From Candidatus Woesebacteria bacterium (GTDB lineage Bacteria > Patescibacteriota > Microgenomatia > UBA8517), in assembly GCA_016700095.1 (NCBI GenBank), contig CP065002.1, forward strand, positions 996,145 through 1,060,144: a stretch of DNA of 64,000 bases. The letters are read 5' to 3'. Position 1 is the first letter of the stretch. Each line of letters begins with the position of its first letter. Shown piece by piece: positions 30,795-39,935 of this stretch. A program made the translations under genes and the position numbers. The notes under the pieces are model-generated. The model was not told where the DNA came from and did no database searches. It saw only the letters and a list, made by a program, of their open reading frames with translations.

Positions 30795-31316
30795 TCAGGG
30801 AAGATATTTAAATGATTTAGCGATTCGGTCAAGATCCTCATACATTTCTTCATCCTCGGTGGATAGGATATATACATCACTATTTATAAATATAAAATAT
30901 GACTTAACATGTTTATCAATATCTGTATAATGACTAATTCTCGCAGCACTTTCGTATCCGTCTATCATTTCTTCAATAGTAAGTGTATTTTCAATATTTC
31001 TAAGTGAATCATGGTACGACAGATAGTCAATTAAGTTCGCATGATTAGTGCTATTTCGAATTATCGATATTTTATTATTACTATTTATTATATCTACACT
31101 TGCTACGGATTCAGTTACATCATATTCGCTAGGTACCACTATGCTGAAATTTAAAACATTTGACGATGTAAAGGTTTTTGTTTCTTTCCCGGATGACACC
31201 TCACGCGTTGGTGAAATGTTGTTTTCGTTGTTTTTGTTTGTATCAAATAAATGAAAACTAAATACCAAAACGGAAGTAACAATAATTGAAAGGGCTAGTA
31301 AAATTCTTTTGTTCAT
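30795..31316 (-). CDS. Small secreted hypothetical protein
   Basis: Signal peptide. 173 aa. Start overlaps the stop of the 959-aa gene by 4 nt. Confidence 0.4.
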   Translation of the reverse strand: MNKRILLALSIIVTSVLVFSFHLFDTNKNNENNISPTREVSSGKETKTFTSSNVLNFSIVVPSEYDVTESVASVDIINSNNKISIIRNSTNHANLIDYLSYHDSLRNIENTLTIEEMIDGYESAARISHYTDIDKHVKSYFIFINSDVYILSTEDEEMYEDLDRIAKSFKYLP

Positions 31317-34192
31317 TCTCTTTCAACTTTTAAACTACCATTATTAGAAGTTATTGACAACATCGACAAACCATCGTTCGTCTCGATTTTACTTGAAACA
31401 GATGTGTCAATTACCAAAGTCTTGTTTTTAAGCGGTTGATATACTAATTTAATTAGATTGTTACCCAACAACCACGATTGGCCAAAAACAATGATCTTTC
31501 CCTTTTTTGTATCGTACACAGTTGAGAAATAATTATTATTGATGTTTACTGTCTCTTCGTGATCATATGTAATTGTATCTATACTAAAACCATGAATTAA
31601 TAGTAGGTTCATTTCATATACATCGACTTCGATAAAATTACCGGCAATGTCTGTTGCCCGATATCTAGCTTTTCCAAATTTTTTGTTTTCTCTGATTATT
31701 TGATCATTTCCGCCAGTCGGAATAACCTTGATTCTTTCAGTTATCCGATCGAAATATACTCTTATTTCGGGATTGGTTTTGTCGATATTAAATTCAATTA
31801 TTTTACTCTCCTCGACATTACCCGCTTTATCGACCGAGTAATACTCAATTACATAATGGCTTTCGCTATCAAATTCCATTTCACCAACATACTCTTTCCA
31901 ATCACCGTCGTTTAGCTTATAGGCTGTATAATCCACCCCCGAAAAGTTATCGGTTGCATCTAATTGCACTCTTACGTTTGAGGAATACCAATTCCCCTCT
32001 CCTTTTTCACCCACGATGTCAATCGCTGTTTGTGGTTTATCGATATCGTTTTTATCTCCCATAAGTGCAAAGTACGTTAAATGATTTATCTCGATCCACG
32101 CAATTTTCTCATTCTGGTTTATCTGTGTAACTTCTTTATCCCAGTTGGTTCCGTCATTACTTGAGTAAATTGCAAGAGTATCTAAATTGTAATCCGTGGT
32201 ATCAAAACTACTGAAATCAAAATATATTTTAAACGGACTATCAAAGTGAGTAATACTATCTCCTTCTTGTGTTATTGCAACCAAGCTAACTGCCGGGCCG
32301 ATTGATTCTGTTGTTTGTGACAATACGACTATCGGAGATGAATTCATATTCAAACGAAAGTTAGTCGAATACGAATTCTCCGGGAACACAACTTTAATTT
32401 GTTCCATCTGAACTTCTTTTCCTGTCGATGGAACATTTTCTTTCTTACCAGTCAAATCGTGCGACCATAAATATTCACTTGCTATTCCAGTTTTGACAAC
32501 TCCATTTAGTGTAAATGTGTAATTTGTCCATGGGTCAGGTATGTCTCCCAACCAACCAAAGGGATCAACAATACCATCGGGAATATTGTCATTAAACTGT
32601 CCGTCGGCATTTTTATCTTTGATTACCATGAAATGAATATGTGCTCCATTTTGACCCACCGGCATGGTGTTTCCACTAAAACCGACTTGTCCAATTTTTT
32701 GTCCTTTTATAACACGCACGCCTTCTTGTAGGTTACTGGTGATTAATCCTTCGTCCATCAGATGATAGTATCGGGACTGATAGCCGTTTTCATGGTCGAT
32801 GTAAACCGCATTGCCGCAAGCCGCACAGGAATTTGTATATGTAGCTATTCCACCCGCTGCTGCAAGTATATTATCACCGTAATGAGCACCGGCTTTTCTA
32901 CCCCAATCATAACCGTCATGACTTGAATAGTTGATATTGAGATCAATCGATGACCTGAAAAACGGCAGAACTGAAGATCTTGCGCTTAAAGGTTCCTCCA
33001 ACACATGTCTCACACTTAATAACGGGTATTCATGATCGAAGTAAGAATTTATTGCAAGAGCTGCTTGCGAAAAACTTAAATTATCGCTTGTGTAGTCCCA
33101 CGGTAAATCCATAAAACCTGGTGTATTATCCGGTGGTGTTTCCATACCTTCAAACTTGAGAGCAGTTACCCCTCCATTTGTGTTTACTCCAAAAATTAAC
33201 CCCTTTCCTAAAGCTAACTTTTGAAATTTTGCACCATCCTGAAGATATGTATCAACTAATTGCGGATCGAATGGGTTAGTTACATCAACAGCAGTTATTC
33301 CATATCTTGTCGATGCAACAAATACAAAATTATCTAATCCTTCTATATATCTTGAATCTGACGGAATAGTTAACGATGATACTTGACTTATATTCCCAAA
33401 ATCAGATAAGTCATAAACTCTCAAGGCACTCTCTTGTATCGGTATATACCCATAATTGCCAATTTTATAAATACCGACAGGATGATGATTAGCTAATTGA
33501 CCAGGTGGCAAATCTTTAGTCGTTACAACAAAAGGCATTGCAGGATTGGAAATATTTATAACATAAAAACCACCGGTCGCACTTGTAATAATCACCAAAT
33601 CCCCCAATACCTCCAGGTCATTAAAGGTAAGTCCATTTCTTGGAGTGTATTTTGGATAAACAACCGGGTCATGAATATCTGAAAAATCAACAATTGAAAG
33701 GTTGCCCACAGTATAAACCATATTTCCTACAACTTTTATTTCTTGCGTACCAATTGCGCCTCGGGGGAGTGATTCATCGAGCAACTTGTGGGGATTTGCA
33801 AATTCAGAAAAATCGATTATATCCATGCTGTAATTACAATCGTAATCACCCTGAGTTACATAAGCCCTTTTACCTACAGCATCTATCGCTTTAAAGCTAC
33901 ACCCTGGCTCTACGTACTCTGCTACTTTTGTAATCTGATCCTCGTTGTGGATTTGGAATACCTCTATTTTTTCAACCGCCGCAACATACAGATATTCTCC
34001 TTCAACGTCAGCATCATTTACATTGGTCGAATACTCACCTATATATGTAAACGGGGATGCTTCAACCGATGTCGGTGTAAGTAATGCAAAAGAAACTTGA
34101 AGCAATAAAAAGAAAATATATACAAGCGGTGTATCCCACAATATCTTCCATACATGCCACAAGGTGGCAAACATTTGTCTCTTTGGTTTCAT
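31313..34192 (-). CDS. Large multidomain envelope protein: beta-propeller-like N-terminus, internal M23 peptidase domain, C-terminal Ig-like domain
   Basis: N-terminal TM/signal. LVIVD-like repeats. M23 motifs (GAHYGDN...YIDHENGYQSRYYHL...GAHIHFMV). A C-terminal Big/Ig-like segment (DNFSGVDYTAYKLNDGDW...DKAGN). Confidence 0.6.
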   Translation of the reverse strand: MKPKRQMFATLWHVWKILWDTPLVYIFFLLLQVSFALLTPTSVEASPFTYIGEYSTNVNDADVEGEYLYVAAVEKIEVFQIHNEDQITKVAEYVEPGCSFKAIDAVGKRAYVTQGDYDCNYSMDIIDFSEFANPHKLLDESLPRGAIGTQEIKVVGNMVYTVGNLSIVDFSDIHDPVVYPKYTPRNGLTFNDLEVLGDLVIITSATGGFYVINISNPAMPFVVTTKDLPPGQLANHHPVGIYKIGNYGYIPIQESALRVYDLSDFGNISQVSSLTIPSDSRYIEGLDNFVFVASTRYGITAVDVTNPFDPQLVDTYLQDGAKFQKLALGKGLIFGVNTNGGVTALKFEGMETPPDNTPGFMDLPWDYTSDNLSFSQAALAINSYFDHEYPLLSVRHVLEEPLSARSSVLPFFRSSIDLNINYSSHDGYDWGRKAGAHYGDNILAAAGGIATYTNSCAACGNAVYIDHENGYQSRYYHLMDEGLITSNLQEGVRVIKGQKIGQVGFSGNTMPVGQNGAHIHFMVIKDKNADGQFNDNIPDGIVDPFGWLGDIPDPWTNYTFTLNGVVKTGIASEYLWSHDLTGKKENVPSTGKEVQMEQIKVVFPENSYSTNFRLNMNSSPIVVLSQTTESIGPAVSLVAITQEGDSITHFDSPFKIYFDFSSFDTTDYNLDTLAIYSSNDGTNWDKEVTQINQNEKIAWIEINHLTYFALMGDKNDIDKPQTAIDIVGEKGEGNWYSSNVRVQLDATDNFSGVDYTAYKLNDGDWKEYVGEMEFDSESHYVIEYYSVDKAGNVEESKIIEFNIDKTNPEIRVYFDRITERIKVIPTGGNDQIIRENKKFGKARYRATDIAGNFIEVDVYEMNLLLIHGFSIDTITYDHEETVNINNNYFSTVYDTKKGKIIVFGQSWLLGNNLIKLVYQPLKNKTLVIDTSVSSKIETNDGLSMLSITSNNGSLKVERE

Positions 34193-34269
34193 AAGAAAAG
34201 TTTGGTTACCTCTAGTCTAAGCACTAAAAATAATCCGTGTCAATAATTAAAATTTATGTATATGAAGAT

Positions 34270-34932
34270 TTAAACTATGTTGCTACAAATAAACATTATA
34301 TTTGCTTCTGGCCGAACAGCACGAACTTTTGAGAATACATTTTGTAAAATCTTTTTAAATTTATCGGCAATCTCTCGATTGTTTTTTCCATATAATCTGT
34401 TAAAAACACTAATACCTTCATTGCTCATAATTGCTTTAACACTTTTTACAAACTTTAATGTATTGAATTGCTCGGGAACGCTTGCACCAACATACATATC
34501 AACACATATCAGGTCGTACTTATTGCCATTTTTTTTCGTCTCTTCAATAAATGAAATCGCATCTTTGATCCTTACTTTCGCCCCACTTTCCTCCCAATTC
34601 AAATATTTTTTTCCAAATTTTACCATGATCGGATCAATGTCAATTCCAATAATCTCTGCCTTTGGCCAATGCTTACGGACCATATGCGACATTCCTCCTC
34701 CTGCAAATCCAAGTATCAAAACATTTTTGGGCGGATTTGATTTGGTAATCTTTTTGACTTCCACAAGCGGCTTCATCCAGATTTTTTTGGCAAGACCTCC
34801 TGATTGTGGTAAGCCACCTGCAAAGATACTTACTCCCCAGAGCAATTCTTTAACAACAGTTATTTCACCATTAACTTTTGAATTTTCTTTCTCGAGTATT
34901 TTTCTACCTGCCAAATAATCAATTGCACTCAT
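34270..34932 (-). CDS. Spermidine-synthase-like class I SAM-dependent methyltransferase-fold protein
   Basis: VLILGFAGGG (motif I) and DLICVDMY (post-II acidic residue), a spermine/spermidine synthase-like arrangement. Confidence 0.5.
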   Translation of the reverse strand: MSAIDYLAGRKILEKENSKVNGEITVVKELLWGVSIFAGGLPQSGGLAKKIWMKPLVEVKKITKSNPPKNVLILGFAGGGMSHMVRKHWPKAEIIGIDIDPIMVKFGKKYLNWEESGAKVRIKDAISFIEETKKNGNKYDLICVDMYVGASVPEQFNTLKFVKSVKAIMSNEGISVFNRLYGKNNREIADKFKKILQNVFSKVRAVRPEANIMFICSNIV

Positions 34933-34940
34933 ATTACTAT

Positions 34941-36761
34941 TTACATTTTGTAACTATCAGCCTGTAATTTAAAAAGTCTAGCATATTTACCATTTTTAGC
35001 CATTAAGAAACTATGCGTCCCCTTTTCAATAATTCTCCCATCATCTAGTACAAATATCCTGTCGGCTATCTTTACAGTAGAAAATCTCTGTGTCACAAAG
35101 ATTAATATCTTCCCTTTGGTTGATTCCTTTAATTCTTGAAATATTTTTTCCTCGGCTTCCGGATCTACATTACTAGTCGGTTCATCAAGTATGATTACAT
35201 CGGCATTTTTTCTAAACAACATTCTGGCAATACCAAATCTTTGCCATTGTCCAATCGACGGCTGCACACCGTGCTCAAATTCAGGTGATACAGGATTATT
35301 GTATTTTAAAGGTAATTTTTCGATAAACCTGTCAATTCCCGACTTTTCGGCAGCTTTTTTAATTTCGTCGATGTTGTCGATATTTTCGATGTCACCAAAT
35401 CCAATCGCTTCTTTGGCAGAAAATGGATAAAGTTCAAACATTTGAAATAAGATGGCTAGCCTTTTACGCCAGCTGGTTAAGTCAATATTTTTTATATTCT
35501 CTCCGGAGATAAGCACTTGACCTTTTTGAGGATCGTAAAATCTTCCAAGAAGTTTGATTAAAGTAGTTTTTCCGGCACCATTTTCACCTACTATCGCGAT
35601 TTTCTCCCCAGCTTTTATATGAAAGTCAATGTCTTTTAATATCCAATCGGAGCTTTTCTTATATCTAAAAGAAACGTTATTAAATTCGATTTTGTTTACC
35701 GTATCAATTTTTATAGCGTCGGGATTATCCTTCTCTATCTTGGGTTCTAGATTCAAAAACCAAACCAGGTCTTTCACGTAAATATAATTTTCAAAAATAT
35801 CAAGGAAGGCATATACCAGACCGGATAAGTTTGAACGTGCGGATCTGAAAGATTGTATATAGAGCTGAAAGCTACCTAGAGTAATGGTCGATACTAATAC
35901 AAGTATTGCCAGATATATATAAGTCACGAACTCCACTATAATTAAGGGAATATCTGTATATGACCGCGCTTTTTCGCGTTTGGTTGAATGATCAATTTCC
36001 TTCTGCAATACGAAGTTAAAAATGTTATGCAATTTGTTTGATAGATGGTCAGACAAATTGAGAACTTTTAATTCCATGTAGTTATTGTTCCCTGATAGAT
36101 AATATTCGAGCTTTCCCCAAATTCTCCTGTGATAGGATAATTCTTTGTGTAATTCATAATCTTTCTTGATATATTTCGAATGGGCGAAAAACTTCGGTAA
36201 TGAAAACACGACTATCGCCAAAGAAACAATGGGATTTACAACTAACAAAACAACAAGTGCCGTAATAAAACCTACAAGGTAATTAGGAATATCGGAAAAG
36301 GCAAACATCAAACCCCAAGCCCTCCTTCCCGCCTCTTTCTGAATCCTCTCAAAACGATCCCGATATTTCGGACTCTCGATCATCGACATATCAATTTGGG
36401 TAAGTTTCTTCCCAATTAAGGCTGTCAATTCAACGTCCAATATTCTTGATAAATTTCTCTGGAACAATCTATTAAATCCACTAAGTGTATTTCTGGTTAA
36501 TTCAAGTACAAGATAAGCGAAAATAATAAATCCGATCGGTATCAAAACGGCTTGAAGATTACCGTTTCCAATACCCTTAATTAGGTTATCGATCATTAAT
36601 TTTTCTAAATAAAATCCTGGAACTGACGAGAAACCCCACAAAGCGTTAAGGAGTATTACACTGACAAACATTTTCGGCCGTGTTCGGTACACGATTATAG
36701 CTATGTTTTTGAGTGTAAATATTATTTGAGAAAATCTGCTACTTATATGTCGGCTTGCCAT
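34941..36761 (-). CDS. Fused ABC exporter (TM domain plus ATPase; MsbA/ABCB-like)
   Basis: 6-TM N-terminal half. C-terminal Walker A GENGAGKTT, signature QWQRFGIARM, Walker B ILDEPTS. Confidence 0.75.
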   Translation of the reverse strand: MASRHISSRFSQIIFTLKNIAIIVYRTRPKMFVSVILLNALWGFSSVPGFYLEKLMIDNLIKGIGNGNLQAVLIPIGFIIFAYLVLELTRNTLSGFNRLFQRNLSRILDVELTALIGKKLTQIDMSMIESPKYRDRFERIQKEAGRRAWGLMFAFSDIPNYLVGFITALVVLLVVNPIVSLAIVVFSLPKFFAHSKYIKKDYELHKELSYHRRIWGKLEYYLSGNNNYMELKVLNLSDHLSNKLHNIFNFVLQKEIDHSTKREKARSYTDIPLIIVEFVTYIYLAILVLVSTITLGSFQLYIQSFRSARSNLSGLVYAFLDIFENYIYVKDLVWFLNLEPKIEKDNPDAIKIDTVNKIEFNNVSFRYKKSSDWILKDIDFHIKAGEKIAIVGENGAGKTTLIKLLGRFYDPQKGQVLISGENIKNIDLTSWRKRLAILFQMFELYPFSAKEAIGFGDIENIDNIDEIKKAAEKSGIDRFIEKLPLKYNNPVSPEFEHGVQPSIGQWQRFGIARMLFRKNADVIILDEPTSNVDPEAEEKIFQELKESTKGKILIFVTQRFSTVKIADRIFVLDDGRIIEKGTHSFLMAKNGKYARLFKLQADSYKM

Positions 36762-36928
36762 ATATTGATAATATCATTATCTCAACGTAAACACCTTAAG
36801 TGTTGATTATAATTTTTGACTAGCATCACAGTTAAAATCGGACGTTTAAATTTAGAAAAGGTATTGTGCGTATTTAGTGAATCGAGATAATTATTTACTT
36901 CGGTATTTATTCGGATTATAATTTTTAC

Positions 36929-38113
36929 ATGGACAATACCCCACTTCCCGAAAAACTTAGACCAAAGTCGCTTAGACACTACATCGGTCAGAAAAATATT
37001 GTGGGTAAAGACAAGATTATTAATAATTTAATTAAGAACGCCAATAAAACCAACTTTTTCCCCTCTCTCGTTTTTTGGGGACCTCCAGGATCAGGGAAAA
37101 CTACACTTGCAAGAATTATTGCCAATGAACTCGATCGTGAGTTTATCGAGTTTTCTGCTGTAAACACATCGGTCAAAGATATTCAAAAGGTGGTAAGAGA
37201 TGAGAAGACGAAACATAACCAGTCTTCTATTTTTGCGTCACCGGTTGTTTTTTTGGATGAAATCCACCGCTTTAACAAAGCCCAACAGGACAGATTATTA
37301 CCTCACGTGGAGAAAGGTGAAATTGTTTTAATCGGAGCTACAACCGAAAATCCGTCGTTTGAGGTCATTGGTCCGCTTCTATCAAGGTGCCGCGTATTAG
37401 TCCTAGAACAGCTTGGGGAAAAAGATATTAGAAAAATTATACGAAACGGAGAAAAATTTTTACATATAACAATGGAATCTAACGCCAGAAAATTTCTCAC
37501 AACCTCTGCAAACGGTGATGCAAGGGTAGCTTTAAATGTACTAGAAATTGCAGCTAATATTGGAAAATCGGAGTCGATTAAACTCACGGAGATAGAAAAT
37601 GCTCTCCAAAAACGGCAATATACTTTCGACAAAAATGGTGAAGATTTTTACAATATAATTTCAGCATATATAAAATCAATGCGCGCGAGTAATGTAAATG
37701 CTGCGCTTTATTATCTGGCTCGCATGGTAGAAGCGGGACAGGATCCTTTGTTTATTGCCAGAAGAATGGTAGTTTTTGCCTCAGAAGATGTTGCCTCCCC
37801 AACTGCACTTGTGGTTGCAAACGCAGTCTTCCAAGCTTGCCAGCAAATTGGCTATCCCGAATGTCAGGAAAATTTAGCGGCAGGTACGGTCTATCTGGCT
37901 CAATCTCCAAAAGACCGCAGGGCGTACAATGCCTACATGAAAGCTTTAGAAGATGTTAGAAAACATGGAAATTTGCCAATTCCTCTTAATCTTCGTAATG
38001 CTCCAACTGAATTAATGAAAAAGTTAAAGTATGGAGAGGGATACAAGCCTTATACGCAAGAAAGTTTATTGCCCGAAAAAATTAAGGGGAAGAAATACTA
38101 CATAAACAAATGA
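36929..38113 (+). CDS. rarA: Replication-associated recombination protein A (MgsA/WRNIP AAA+)
   Basis: Walker A GPPGSGKTT, Walker B FLDEIHR, and the RarA C-terminal region (ALYYLARMVEAGQDPLFIARRM). Confidence 0.8.
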   Translation: MDNTPLPEKLRPKSLRHYIGQKNIVGKDKIINNLIKNANKTNFFPSLVFWGPPGSGKTTLARIIANELDREFIEFSAVNTSVKDIQKVVRDEKTKHNQSSIFASPVVFLDEIHRFNKAQQDRLLPHVEKGEIVLIGATTENPSFEVIGPLLSRCRVLVLEQLGEKDIRKIIRNGEKFLHITMESNARKFLTTSANGDARVALNVLEIAANIGKSESIKLTEIENALQKRQYTFDKNGEDFYNIISAYIKSMRASNVNAALYYLARMVEAGQDPLFIARRMVVFASEDVASPTALVVANAVFQACQQIGYPECQENLAAGTVYLAQSPKDRRAYNAYMKALEDVRKHGNLPIPLNLRNAPTELMKKLKYGEGYKPYTQESLLPEKIKGKKYYINK

Positions 38114-38526
38114 AAATTAGTAACTACATAAAAAATTACACTGCAGGAAACCGTATTACCGTTAAACACATAATTGCCGAAATAAATGAGTATCTTCACG
38201 AGGTTGTTAGATTTAACAAATCAGGTATGAAGGAAGAATTGCATGACATTTTTCATTTCCTTCAACTTTGGCTTTACTGGAGAGTTGGTTTGGATGGCAA
38301 AGTATGGAAAATTACACAAGACTCAGTAGACAAGTTTATCAAAAGAAGAAAAGTGTGGGAAAATATCTACGAATATGTTGGACTGGACAAAAACATATCA
38401 AAATATTGCGGTAACTATAAAAGAAAGGAAAAGGTTATAAAACATTTGTCTGAATATAAAGTTAGTCGAGAAAAATCATTAGCTGCTTATAAGAAAATCG
38501 TTCTAAACAACTTTAAACATAAATGA
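38110..38526 (+). CDS. Hypothetical all-alpha protein; MazG-like nucleotide pyrophosphohydrolase fold is possible but tentative
   Basis: 138 aa. EINEYLHEV / EELHDIF acidic helix pattern. Translationally coupled to rarA and the glycosylase (ATGA overlaps). Confidence 0.3.
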   Translation: MKISNYIKNYTAGNRITVKHIIAEINEYLHEVVRFNKSGMKEELHDIFHFLQLWLYWRVGLDGKVWKITQDSVDKFIKRRKVWENIYEYVGLDKNISKYCGNYKRKEKVIKHLSEYKVSREKSLAAYKKIVLNNFKHK

Positions 38527-39491
38527 AATTAACACTAGTCGAAACTGCAATAATCACGCCAACAACTCCATTTAATTTTGATGCCACATTTCATAAACCT
38601 GATCATTTCACCAGTGGTGATAATTATTGGGAAAAAGGAGTTAAATGGCAGACTTTTGTTTGGCAAAACAAGACTTTGGGTCTTAAGTTCGTAAATATCA
38701 AAAGTGTGCAAACACCTAAAATTCAAGTTGAAATTTATTATTCCCGTAAACTGTCAAAATCATTTATTGCCACTTTAATTAAAGAAATTACATACAGATA
38801 CAACCTCAATCTAGACCTTAGCGGTTTTTATACACATTTCAAGAAAGACAAAGTACTTCAACCAATTATTACTAAATTTTACGGTATGAGACCGGGACAT
38901 CCCAGTTCTTTGTACGAATACTTGATTATCGGAATAGTACTTCAAAATGCAACAGTCAAAAGATCTATGCAAATGTTTACTGCTTTACTTGAAAACTACG
39001 GAACAAAACTAGAGTACGACAACAAAGAACTTTGGTGTTTCTGGAATGAGGGAGATTTGCAAAACGCAACTGAACAAGAATTAAGGAATTTGAAGGTAGG
39101 CTACCGCGCAAAATCACTTAAAAAAATTGACGATTATTTCGCCAACGGCACTATTAATGAAATGGAACTAAGAAAAAAAGACAGAGAATTTCAGAGGACT
39201 GAGCTTCTTAAGCTCTATGGTGTCGGACCGGCTACTGTTTGGTATCTTTTATTTGACGTATTTCATCATTGGGATTTCTTCAATCACATATCTCCCTGGG
39301 AACAAAAAATATACTCTAAAGTATTTTTTGATCAAGACCCGGAAACACCAATCCCTGTTGAAAAACTCTTAAGTCATTTTGAAAAATATGGAATGTTTAA
39401 ACAGCTGGCGGTTCATTATATTTGGGAAGATCTGTGGTGGAAAAGAAAAAATGAGAACATTCCCTGGTTGGAAAAATTGATACGGGTATAG
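38523..39491 (+). CDS. HhH-GPD superfamily DNA glycosylase (AlkA/Ogg-like)
   Basis: Helix-hairpin-helix motif LKLYGVGPATVWYLL followed by the Gly/Pro-Asp region. Confidence 0.55.
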   Translation: MKLTLVETAIITPTTPFNFDATFHKPDHFTSGDNYWEKGVKWQTFVWQNKTLGLKFVNIKSVQTPKIQVEIYYSRKLSKSFIATLIKEITYRYNLNLDLSGFYTHFKKDKVLQPIITKFYGMRPGHPSSLYEYLIIGIVLQNATVKRSMQMFTALLENYGTKLEYDNKELWCFWNEGDLQNATEQELRNLKVGYRAKSLKKIDDYFANGTINEMELRKKDREFQRTELLKLYGVGPATVWYLLFDVFHHWDFFNHISPWEQKIYSKVFFDQDPETPIPVEKLLSHFEKYGMFKQLAVHYIWEDLWWKRKNENIPWLEKLIRV

Positions 39492-39935
39492 TATTGACAT
39501 AATTAATACATATTAAAATTATAATCACTAATATTACTTTTCAATTTACAGGACGGCGTAATTCGCAATTATAAATTAATGCGCTAAAAGATTACATCCA
39601 ATCCTTAATGCCACCTCCAAACATGAGGGCAAATCACCAATCTCAGAGAGTTTCATTAGATGTTGTAAATTATCCACCAAATATGTCAAGTTTTACTCAA
39701 ACTTAATTTGGTACATTTATTTAAACGTGCTCACAACATTAACGCCAACTAATTTCAAAATCGTTATACCATTTCTGGATCCACCTCGAGCCTGATATAA
39801 TAGTTTTAACATTTTAATTCATTCACAAAAAGTGAATAAGTCACGGACGAATTGAATTAACCTAATCTCGTCAAAGACTGAATTTGATAAGTAACAACCG
39901 AAAGGTCGTGAATAATTTTTTTATTAACCGAAAAT

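Noticed and set aside
34277-34918. 213-aa plus-strand ORF exactly antisense to the spermidine-synthase-like gene
   Set aside because: It has a low-complexity hydrophobic composition and no motifs. It mirrors a minus-strand ORF that has clear SAM-MTase motifs. This is a typical antisense artefact in AT-rich DNA.
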